Part shown: piece after piece, positions 56,333-64,000 of the stretch
Layout: every line of letters starts with the position of its first letter
Numbering within the stretch: the stretch's first letter is position 1
NCBI GenBank assembly: GCA_964536205.1
Contig: CAZHVT010000001.1
Coordinates: 5,944 to 69,943 of the forward strand
Source of the DNA: an uncultured Gammaproteobacteria bacterium
GTDB taxonomy: Bacteria > Patescibacteriota > Patescibacteriia > Magasanikbacterales > GCA-002688135
Length of the DNA: 64,000 nt
Direction of reading: 5' to 3'
Program-made: the position numbers and the translations under genes
Notes under the pieces: model-generated
Told to the model about the DNA's origin: nothing
Databases searched by the model: none
Seen by the model: the letters and a program-made list of their open reading frames with translations, nothing else

Positions 56333-56839
56333 ATGTCAAAATTTGATCATGATGAAGTGATTGAAAAAGCGATTCGCTTTTTATGTGAGTATGCCCCTAA
56401 AGAATGGGATCGGCCGAAACGACTTGTGATGCATGATTTGCGAGTTGGGTTTTATTTATATGAGCGTAATTATTCGCTAGACGTTATTGTCGCTGGTTTT
56501 CTTCATGATATTTTAGAATGGACGGAGTGTGATGAGACCCTCATAAAGGAAAAATTTGGGGATCATGTGTTTGAAATTGTGAATGCGAATACAAAGGATC
56601 GTTCTATACATGATCCGAAAGATCGTCGCAGCGATTATGTCCAGCGGTGTTTGGGGGTTGGTGTTGATGCTTTGATTGTGAAGGCTGCGGATACTTTGGA
56701 CAGTTATGAATTTTATAGTGAGCAGCAGAACAATTCTGAAATGGCACGTTCTTGTGATATTGCGGAAAAATTGCTGAGTGTTATTTCTCCTGAAATGAGC
56801 GATAGTATTTTTGAGGAACTGAAATTAATTCTGGTTTAA
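56333..56839 (+). CDS. HD-domain phosphohydrolase
   Basis: H...HD motif (VMHDLRVG, GFLHDILE); 168 aa. Confidence 0.65.
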   Translation: MSKFDHDEVIEKAIRFLCEYAPKEWDRPKRLVMHDLRVGFYLYERNYSLDVIVAGFLHDILEWTECDETLIKEKFGDHVFEIVNANTKDRSIHDPKDRRSDYVQRCLGVGVDALIVKAADTLDSYEFYSEQQNNSEMARSCDIAEKLLSVISPEMSDSIFEELKLILV

Positions 56840-56843
56840 TTTT

Positions 56844-57806
56844 ATGGTACTTTTTTACTGGGGAGCTGATGGTTTTCGGTCGCATGAGCATGTTGTGCGG
56901 ACGATTGAGAGTTTTCGTGAAAAAAGAGATCCGCAGGGATACAATGTTTTTGTGTTTGATGTGAAGGATGCGAAATCTTCGGAGGTGTGGGAGGCGATTT
57001 CGTCGGCGCCTTTTATGGCTGAGAAGAAGATGGTTGTGGTGAAACATTTATTTTCGGTGAAGTCTGAATTTGAGGATGAGTTGAAAGAAAGATTGTCGAG
57101 TTTAGATGCACGAGAGGATTTGGTTTTGCTTTTGCATGCAGAAGGAGATAAATTTCGAAATAGTTTGTTTAAGGATGTGATGAAATTGCAGTATGCGCAG
57201 GAATTTATTCCGATGAAGGCGCCGGAAATTATGGGATGGATTGCGGAGCGTTTGGATGGGCATGGCGTGACGATTGAATCTGATGCGTCGAATGTGTTGG
57301 CCAAATCATATGCAGAGGATATGTGGGCGTTGTCGCGGTTGGTTGATCAATTGGTGGCGTTTGTGAAATCTGAATCTCGTGCGATTGTGACGAAATCTGA
57401 TTGTGAAATATTTTTACCAGAAGTTATTGATGATAATACATTTCATTTTGTGGATGCGATTAATGCGAGAGATCATGGGCGTGCGTTGTCGTTGCTGGAT
57501 CAGCAGTGGCAGGCAGGAAAAACACCGATTGAGGTGATTGGGTTGTTGTTGTGGCAGTGGCGGGTTATGTTGAAAGTTCGTGCGTTGTTGGATGAGCAGC
57601 CGAAATTACGAGGAAAAGAAATTGCGAAGGAATTAAAGATTCATGCTTTCGTTGCTGACAAATCCGCGCGTTTGGTTCGTGATGTTGACGTCAATCATGT
57701 TTTGGGACAATATAATCAACTCATGCAATTAGATGAGTCCGCAAAGTCTGGGGGATATGCGCAAGCGGAATTAACCTCGCTGGTAACAGCACTTACATGT
57801 CAGTGA
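56844..57806 (+). CDS. holA: DNA polymerase III delta subunit
   Basis: Length and layout like HolA, follows polA; family assignment from pattern only. Confidence 0.6.
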   Translation: MVLFYWGADGFRSHEHVVRTIESFREKRDPQGYNVFVFDVKDAKSSEVWEAISSAPFMAEKKMVVVKHLFSVKSEFEDELKERLSSLDAREDLVLLLHAEGDKFRNSLFKDVMKLQYAQEFIPMKAPEIMGWIAERLDGHGVTIESDASNVLAKSYAEDMWALSRLVDQLVAFVKSESRAIVTKSDCEIFLPEVIDDNTFHFVDAINARDHGRALSLLDQQWQAGKTPIEVIGLLLWQWRVMLKVRALLDEQPKLRGKEIAKELKIHAFVADKSARLVRDVDVNHVLGQYNQLMQLDESAKSGGYAQAELTSLVTALTCQ

Positions 57807-58633
57807 AAAGAATATTCGTCATATTAAGTATTGTTTTGATGGGGGCTACCCCTTCTTTTTTGTTTGGGCAGGAGCGATTGGAAAATGAGATTAAGCTTTC
57901 GGTTCCAGCGGAAATTCATGACGAGGTTTTGGCGTACATGCTTTCTGTGTTTGTAGATGAGCGATTTGTGTTTGAGGATTTTCGTTTGGATGGGGATTTT
58001 GTGACTGAACAATTTTTTGATTCGTATTATGATACATCGCGATTTGATGTGGTTGATGATGATAATGGGATTCGGTATCGTCGGCGCTATGCCGATGGTG
58101 AGTTTTCGTCGCGTGTGGTGCAGGTGAAGGTTGCTGGTGAGGATACCACTGCGCAGGAATTTAAATTTGAGGTTGATAATGGTTCGTTTGATGATCGCTC
58201 TCCAAAATTATTTGATTTAGTTGTTGATGAGGATGGTTTTGGTGATTTGATGAGTGAATTGGGATACAATGCAAAAAAATTGCGTCCGGCTTTGGAATTA
58301 GCGCAGGTTCGTGATCGTGTGTTGCTTTTTGTTGATGGTGATCCCCGGGTAACTTTGACGCTTGATTCTGTGTATTCAAAAAAATGGTGGATCGATCACC
58401 AGTTTGTTGAGTTAGAGTTGGAATTGAATGAGGTGTATTATACTGCGGCGGATGATGATGAGCGCGCGCGATGGGAGCGCTTAGCTCAAGCGATTGAGGA
58501 TGAGATCACTTCGGAGTTTGAGGAGATTGTGCCGAATCAGCGTCCGAAGTATTCGCAGATGTTTGAACGACTTGCGTCTGTGTTTCCACTTTCGTGGTTT
58601 TGGCGGCCGTTTCGATGGGTGGGGTTGATGTAG
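57797..58633 (+). CDS. secreted CYTH-like domain protein (tentative)
   Basis: Signal peptide, then EIKLSVPAEIHDEVL resembling the CYTH ExExK start; acidic. Confidence 0.4.
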   Translation: MSVKRIFVILSIVLMGATPSFLFGQERLENEIKLSVPAEIHDEVLAYMLSVFVDERFVFEDFRLDGDFVTEQFFDSYYDTSRFDVVDDDNGIRYRRRYADGEFSSRVVQVKVAGEDTTAQEFKFEVDNGSFDDRSPKLFDLVVDEDGFGDLMSELGYNAKKLRPALELAQVRDRVLLFVDGDPRVTLTLDSVYSKKWWIDHQFVELELELNEVYYTAADDDERARWERLAQAIEDEITSEFEEIVPNQRPKYSQMFERLASVFPLSWFWRPFRWVGLM

Positions 58634-58884
58634 ATATGGCTTCGCCATACTATTTTTGGCATCCGTAGTTCTATTACTGAGTCTGTATGAAAGCTTTTTT
58701 TTATTTAAATTATTATCGGTAGTACTTTTTCAAAAAAGTACCAAAAACTTTCGCGCCACGTTCAGTTCAGGGCTCGACTTGATTTTTCAGACAAAAAATC
58801 AAACTCGCTAAAACGCTCAAACAGTGATTTTTTGTAGCTGAAAAATCTTCGTCTCGCTGATCCTGAACTTCTCTATGCGCGGCC

Positions 58885-58925
58885 GCTATCGCGGATTTAT
58901 AGAACGGCTATCGCCGATTTATAGA
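58885..58925 (+). repeat. Direct 19-bp repeat GCTATCGC(G/C)GATTTATAGA x2 separated by 3 bp
   Basis: Read directly in the intergenic region upstream of the CotH-like gene. Confidence 0.5.
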
Positions 58926-58951
58926 TTTTTACTGGGGCAGTTTTTTATTTA

Positions 58952-60586
58952 TTAGTAGCCGACGGAGGTGATAGGGAGTTCATGGAGTTTTTGGGATATG
59001 AGGTTTTGGAGAGTGAGAGTGATGTGATGCCTTTCTGTTTGTGGTCGATTGAATCGCATGGTGAATGTATATGTTTGTGGTTCGGTTTTGAATGTTGTGT
59101 AGAGAAGGTGGTTTTCGCGGATGATTTTTTGAGCCATGATATCTGGTTGATGTACTCGTTTTTCTGCTTCGTTAAATATCGAGAAATTTCCATCTGTGCT
59201 CCACTCAATAATTTTATATGGCGCGCCACTTTGTGTGGTGATTTTTATTTCAGCGATGGTGTTTCGCACATTCCAATTTGCTGATGCATAAACTTTAAAT
59301 TCTTGCAGTTCATTTTTTATTGCGTCTATGTTTGTTTCGCGAAGTCGTGTGTAATTTGAAAATTCTTGTTCGATGGCATTATTTGTTGGTTCTTTTGCAC
59401 GATCCCAAAAGAGTGCTGGTCTCATGAGTGTGATTGCATGTTCAAAATTTGTGCGATCGTCTTGTTTCCATTTTTGGCTTGCGACAGTTTCCCACAAAAT
59501 TTTTCCGCGCATGATTTGGTATTCTTTAATGTTTGCGAGACGATCGAGAATAGGATTGTATTTTCGATCGATCATGTTTTCGCGATGCAATTCATCAAAT
59601 AATACATCCCACGGCATGAATTTTAGTTTGCCTTCTGCTGGCGAATAATAGATGCGCATGTTGTGTGCCCAATCTTGATGATTTGAGCCAGCAAGGATTG
59701 AGTGTGCGTGCCATGTTGCGAGATTTTCTGTGTCTACAATTTGTTTGAGTTTTCTGTAATAGATTTCGTCGGATGGTTCATTGAGAATTTCTAATAATGT
59801 CTCAAGTTGTTTGTACGATGTGTTTGGATCGCCAGCTTTGATGCTCCAATATCCAGCATTTGAGAAGATCGGTTCGTTCACACCATCTTCACCGAAAATC
59901 ACTGTATCTTCAGGAAGATCATGATTGAAAATAAAATCATCACTCACTTGTTCAAATAATACGTACGGCCCCATCTTTTTTTGATTGAGCGTGAGTGCAA
60001 CGAATTGTGCATCTGGGACGAGCAGGTTCATTGATTTAGCTCGTTCGTTGTTGAGCCATTCCATGACGTACAACCGATCTTCGGGAACGATGAGATTAAA
60101 TACTTTGTGTCCAAGAATTGTTTTATTTTTTTTGAGTTCAATGCGCCATGATTTTTTTGTGTATGCCCAGTGCGAGCTTGTATCTCCGCGCAAGCGTGCG
60201 CGTGCTTTGTATGTTTGTCCTTCAAATTCTACTTCTGCGTCACGCCATACTTTTCCGCGTGTTTGATATGCATCATCAGAATCGATCGTATTGAGCGCGT
60301 CGATATCTGTTGGTTTCATGATGAGGTTTATTGTGGGGAGTTTTTTGTTTTGAAATGCTGTTTTGATCATTGAGGGTGCGTCTTTGATATAGAGCGATGT
60401 ATTTTTTCCTGCTTTTCGCAATCCGTCGGGCAAGCTATTAACAAATGTTGATCCTCGTAGGGCTTGAATATTTCCTGTTGCTACAAATAAAAAAACGCCC
60501 GCGAGTGCGATTCCGGCGATTCCCCAGATAATTTTGTGTCTTTTTTTCATCGGGCACAGGTTAGCAAATGCATGATGTGGAATCAA
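58952..60586 (-). CDS. CotH-like (spore-coat protein H family, atypical kinase fold) protein with N-terminal TM/signal
   Basis: ARARLRGDTSSHWAYTKKSWRIEL matches the CotH signature (RGNSS...KKS(Y/W)(K/R)(I/L)); 544 aa. Confidence 0.65.
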   Translation of the reverse strand: MIPHHAFANLCPMKKRHKIIWGIAGIALAGVFLFVATGNIQALRGSTFVNSLPDGLRKAGKNTSLYIKDAPSMIKTAFQNKKLPTINLIMKPTDIDALNTIDSDDAYQTRGKVWRDAEVEFEGQTYKARARLRGDTSSHWAYTKKSWRIELKKNKTILGHKVFNLIVPEDRLYVMEWLNNERAKSMNLLVPDAQFVALTLNQKKMGPYVLFEQVSDDFIFNHDLPEDTVIFGEDGVNEPIFSNAGYWSIKAGDPNTSYKQLETLLEILNEPSDEIYYRKLKQIVDTENLATWHAHSILAGSNHQDWAHNMRIYYSPAEGKLKFMPWDVLFDELHRENMIDRKYNPILDRLANIKEYQIMRGKILWETVASQKWKQDDRTNFEHAITLMRPALFWDRAKEPTNNAIEQEFSNYTRLRETNIDAIKNELQEFKVYASANWNVRNTIAEIKITTQSGAPYKIIEWSTDGNFSIFNEAEKRVHQPDIMAQKIIRENHLLYTTFKTEPQTYTFTMRFNRPQTERHHITLTLQNLISQKLHELPITSVGY

Positions 60587-60619
60587 GCATAAAAAAACTC
60601 CGCTCGTGGCGGAGAAGTT

Positions 60620-61108
60620 TTAATTAAAAAATTTTTCTTGCGGATGCGGTGTTGTGTCTACTTCTTCAGCGCTTACTTCAAATGCTTCGGCGAGCGCGAG
60701 AATGGCTTTACCCCATCTGTTTTCTTTCGTAAGCGGTTTGAGGTAGTTTGTGGATTCTCGTTCGCTATTAGCAACCTGTTGTTTCATGAGATTGCTTTGT
60801 CTGACAATTTCATGAATGATGAGCTGGATTGCTTCTTTTTCCGAACCATCACAGTCGCTTGCGAGTTCCTGGCACATGGTGAGATATTCTTGGAAAGAAC
60901 TTTCAAAGTAATTTACGTATGTTTCTGTTGTTGGTTGTGCGTCTTTTTTACCCAAGCCTGCGGCAAATGAGCAGAAGTTCCCTGTAGTTGCATCGAGACT
61001 TTTTGGACTTAGGGGTTTCATTCGTATACCAAAAGGATGTGAGAAACCGCGCAAATCGTACTGTGTCATCACGATTGCTCGGTCGATGTTTGCTGTGAGA
61101 AATGACAC
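60620..61108 (-). CDS. non-Cys-rich protein carrying the same C-terminal tail (…TPHPQEKFFN)
   Basis: GTG start 6 nt after AAAGGAG; N-terminal region unrelated to the zinc-ribbon paralogs; own promoter and terminators. Confidence 0.55.
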   Translation of the reverse strand: MSFLTANIDRAIVMTQYDLRGFSHPFGIRMKPLSPKSLDATTGNFCSFAAGLGKKDAQPTTETYVNYFESSFQEYLTMCQELASDCDGSEKEAIQLIIHEIVRQSNLMKQQVANSERESTNYLKPLTKENRWGKAILALAEAFEVSAEEVDTTPHPQEKFFN

Positions 61109-61184
61109 GATATTCTCCTTTGATAATATTATAATAAAGAGCGTTGTGTGGAGTGTAGTGTATTGTTTTGAGCTTGTCAATACA

Positions 61185-61206
61185 AAAACCCCGTTGCCGG
61201 GGTTTT
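61185..61206 (-). terminator. Rho-independent terminator ccccggcaacgggg + T-run after tig
   Basis: Hairpin plus T5 on the minus strand. Confidence 0.6.
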
Positions 61207-61211
61207 TGTTT

Positions 61212-62531
61212 TTATGAGGTTTTTTCTTTTTCTTCTTTTTTAGCTTCGGCTTTTTTGATGAGTCGCTCGCGGAGTTTTTCTGTTGTTTTTCTGTTTCGGA
61301 GGTTTACGGTGATGAAGTCGATGATGTTTGGATCTTTCAATTTTTCATCGATTTGTGGATTGTCTTGATATGATTTTCTGACATTTTCTAATTCGAGTTT
61401 GATTTCTTCATCTGAAACTTCGATGTTTTCTAGGTCTGCGAGGTCGCGGAACACGAGTGATCCTTTGACGCGTTTAACTGCTTGATCTTTAAATCCTTCT
61501 GCGACTTCTTCAATTGTTTTTTTGACATCAGCGAGATATTTTTCAATATCCATTCCTTGATCGCTTAATCGTTGTTTGAATTCTCCAAAGAGGCGATCTT
61601 TCTCCGCTTCAATTAATACTTCTGGGATTTCGCCGAATGTTGATTTTTCTAGAATCGTGTCGATCATTTCTCCTGTTGCGCGATCTGTTTCTTTTGCTTG
61701 TTTATCACGCAACAAATTTTCTTTGAGCATTGTTTTGAGTTGGTCAATTGATTCTGTTCCCAAACCTTTTGCAAATGCTTCGTCCAATTCTGGGAGTGTT
61801 CGTTCAAACACTTCTTTTACTTTCACTTTGAATTGCGCTTTTTTCCCAGCTAACAATTTTGAGTAATGCGTTTTTGGGATTTCGAGATTGAAATCTAAAT
61901 CAGCGTCCTTTTTTGCACCAATTAATTTTTCAGTCAATCCTGGAACATAACTATCTTCTGAAAGATAGATTGAGTGATCTTTTGTTGTACCTCCTTCAAT
62001 CGCAACATTTTCGACGAGGATTTCCATGTCGATGACTACGCGATCTTCTTTTGTTGCAGCTTTTGTTGTTGCTGCTTCTGTTGCGCGCATTTTTTGGATT
62101 TCCCCAATTGCTTTTTCAACTTCTTTATCATCTACTTCAACTGTTTTTTCTTCAACTGAAATTGTTGAGATGTCTGGAAGTTTTGTTTCTGGGAGTTTTG
62201 CCCAATCTACATTAACTTCTACATCATTTCCTGGGGTGAGTTTTTTGATTTCAACTTGAGGTTGTCCAATAGTTTTCAGGTTGTGTTCTTTCACTGCATC
62301 GACTAAACCTTTTTGGATCATTTGATCTGCAGCAGTTTCAAGAATAGCCATTTCGCCAACTTCTTTTTTGACGATATCAAATGGAATGTGTCCTGGACGA
62401 AATCCAGAGACCTTTAGATTTTGTGAAATTTTTTCTGCGGCTTTTTGCAGAAATGGTTCCTGTTCTGCGACAGGAATAGTGAGTGTGATGAATGCCATTG
62501 ATTTTGGCTTGGATTCACAGGTGATTTGCAT
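61212..62531 (-). CDS. tig: trigger factor
   Basis: N-terminal ribosome-binding domain with GFRPGHIP signature, PPIase-like middle, C-terminal arm; 439 aa. Confidence 0.9.
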   Translation of the reverse strand: MQITCESKPKSMAFITLTIPVAEQEPFLQKAAEKISQNLKVSGFRPGHIPFDIVKKEVGEMAILETAADQMIQKGLVDAVKEHNLKTIGQPQVEIKKLTPGNDVEVNVDWAKLPETKLPDISTISVEEKTVEVDDKEVEKAIGEIQKMRATEAATTKAATKEDRVVIDMEILVENVAIEGGTTKDHSIYLSEDSYVPGLTEKLIGAKKDADLDFNLEIPKTHYSKLLAGKKAQFKVKVKEVFERTLPELDEAFAKGLGTESIDQLKTMLKENLLRDKQAKETDRATGEMIDTILEKSTFGEIPEVLIEAEKDRLFGEFKQRLSDQGMDIEKYLADVKKTIEEVAEGFKDQAVKRVKGSLVFRDLADLENIEVSDEEIKLELENVRKSYQDNPQIDEKLKDPNIIDFITVNLRNRKTTEKLRERLIKKAEAKKEEKEKTS

Positions 62532-62618
62532 AGAATAGAGTTAATTTGATGGTGAGAGTATAGCCTGTTTTGTGGTTTATGTCAACAGTCACAATGGGAT
62601 AAAAAATACCCCATAGTA

Positions 62619-63107
62619 TTATGAGGCATTGTTTTGGCTTTTAAATGTTACGTCGATGACGGGTGACATCATTCTCATGAGAAATATCAACCATCCGATG
62701 TCTTGTGTGGTGTATCGATGTGTGACGCCTGTAAGTATGAATGATCCAATCCCTGTCAGTATTCGTTCAAAGTCTCTGTATGGGTCTCTTTCGTCATTTT
62801 CTTTACAGAGCTTGTTTGTGAGTTCTCGTATGATTACGAATAACATCCATGAGAGATCTTCTCTGTTTTTGTTGGTTTCTTTTCGGAGAGCATGTTCTAG
62901 GCCTTCGTAGCCTTGTTTGTGTGAGAACGTGTAATCGCAATCGTCGCTCGACATGGTGAGTTGTACTTTTTCTGAATCGTATGCGTTGGCGAGAACAAAC
63001 TTAATTGTACATGTTTGTTTTTTATTACTTATGCGAATGCTTACTGTGCCTTCACATCTTTTTTCTGGTTGAAGATTAGGAGCATCTGCAAAAAGTGTGA
63101 CGCGCAT
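62619..63107 (-). CDS. hypothetical protein
   Basis: 162-aa ORF. Confidence 0.4.
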   Translation of the reverse strand: MRVTLFADAPNLQPEKRCEGTVSIRISNKKQTCTIKFVLANAYDSEKVQLTMSSDDCDYTFSHKQGYEGLEHALRKETNKNREDLSWMLFVIIRELTNKLCKENDERDPYRDFERILTGIGSFILTGVTHRYTTQDIGWLIFLMRMMSPVIDVTFKSQNNAS

Positions 63108-63201
63108 GTTTCCCTCTTAAATGATCTGTGGGTTTTGTATCATGGATACTTTATTAGGTCAAAGTATTGTAATAAAAGAGCACCCCGTGGGGTGCGAGTT
63201 T

Positions 63202-63969
63202 TTATTTTTTGGTTCGTTTTTCGTGAGAGGCGATGAGTGCATTGAGTTCTTTCTTGATTCGCCGTGCATCTTCGCCGCGCCATCCGCGAGCCCACAGCAG
63301 GAATCGATGAATAATTCCTAGGGCGTTGTCCATGTAGTAATCTTCGCCTACATGTACGATGTTTTTCATGTGCGAATGATAATCTGCGGCATTTCGATTT
63401 GGATTTTTCCAGCATGCTTTGATCTCATTTGAGATGTCATACACACTTCGTTCACCAGTCATGAATGTTCTGAGGCAAGCGAAGTACATTCGAAATGAAC
63501 ATTGATAGAGGTCGGCATTCGAGAATATCTTCAGGCCGCCTTTTTTGTTATCGTGAGCAACGAGTGTTGCTAGCTGAAGTGCGAGTATCTGTCCGGCTTG
63601 CAATGATTCTGACGGATCCGTTCCGATGTCATGTTCGATATCAATGCGTGACATTTCGAATTTGTTGTGCGGATCGTATCGCCACTCAATGGGGAATGAT
63701 GCAGACTCTAGCGTTTCGTGAAGCCAGAATGTGATCGTTCCTTTTGTGACGAATTTTGGTAGTTCTTCGTCAGGGCTGGTGCGGATGCATGCAATCGAAA
63801 TGGAAACGTTGTGATCGCATGTTGTTTGCTGGATAGGTTCGTTGACAGTCATTACGCAGCCTTTTTGCTGATGATGAGAAGTGGATGATTTTTTTTGTAG
63901 CGAACCTCTGCGTTCATTTGGTGATGCGAGAGGTTTCGTTTGATTCGGTCCACGACACTTGTGCTCCAT
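63202..63969 (-). CDS. hypothetical protein
   Basis: 255-aa ORF. Confidence 0.4.
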   Translation of the reverse strand: MEHKCRGPNQTKPLASPNERRGSLQKKSSTSHHQQKGCVMTVNEPIQQTTCDHNVSISIACIRTSPDEELPKFVTKGTITFWLHETLESASFPIEWRYDPHNKFEMSRIDIEHDIGTDPSESLQAGQILALQLATLVAHDNKKGGLKIFSNADLYQCSFRMYFACLRTFMTGERSVYDISNEIKACWKNPNRNAADYHSHMKNIVHVGEDYYMDNALGIIHRFLLWARGWRGEDARRIKKELNALIASHEKRTKK

Positions 63970-64000
63970 TTTTGTGGAAGCGGCACGTCGACGGTTTCTC

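Noticed and set aside
35555-60660. DnaA-box-like TGTGGATG at the 3' ends of the paralog genes as a replication-related array
   Set aside because: The motif is the reverse complement of the codons for H-P-Q (CATCCACAA) in the conserved protein tail and varies (TGTGGGTG, TGCGGATG) where codons vary. It is most simply explained by protein-level conservation.

Overview
This 64 kb window appears to be the chromosomal replication-origin region of a small-genome bacterium. Strand polarity switches at rpmH-rnpA-yidD | oriC | dnaA-dnaN (39.1-43.2 kb). Genes I can support include: Elp3-like radical-SAM/GNAT enzyme, pyrD, cold-shock protein, DksA/TraR-like factor, lspA, a THUMP RNA methyltransferase, ychF, a dual-specificity phosphatase, rmuC, rpsT, nfo, a LysR regulator, inositol-3-phosphate synthase, PBP1A, NUDIX, polA, HD hydrolase, holA, CotH-like protein, trigger factor, a RelE/Phd toxin-antitoxin pair, and tRNA-Gly(TCC), tRNA-Arg(CCT) and tRNA-Cys(GCA). 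The most unusual feature is two minus-strand arrays of 10 paralogous genes encoding small Cys-rich (zinc-ribbon-like) proteins, placed on either side of the rpmH-oriC-dnaA-dnaN core. Each carries a C-x2-C-x5-CKLW...C-x2-C motif, an A-I-P motif, a WW-x-NLP motif and an almost invariant C-terminal tail HPQE[LK]FF[QR]. One array is headed by a LysR regulator, and one member is split by an in-frame TGA at the conserved Trp codon. The same C-terminal tail also ends an unrelated protein 15 kb away. Other notable content: a TrmB-regulated operon of four secreted/surface proteins, two of them giant (1343 and 1523 aa); at least three families of small hairpin repeats (MITE/REP-like), one sitting in-frame inside a coding gene and at several start codons; extra DnaA-box clusters away from dnaA; a 1 kb ORF-free region with long hairpins and terminators (candidate ncRNA); and a duplicated 5' half of tRNA-Cys. 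No CRISPR array or recognisable transposase/integrase was seen.
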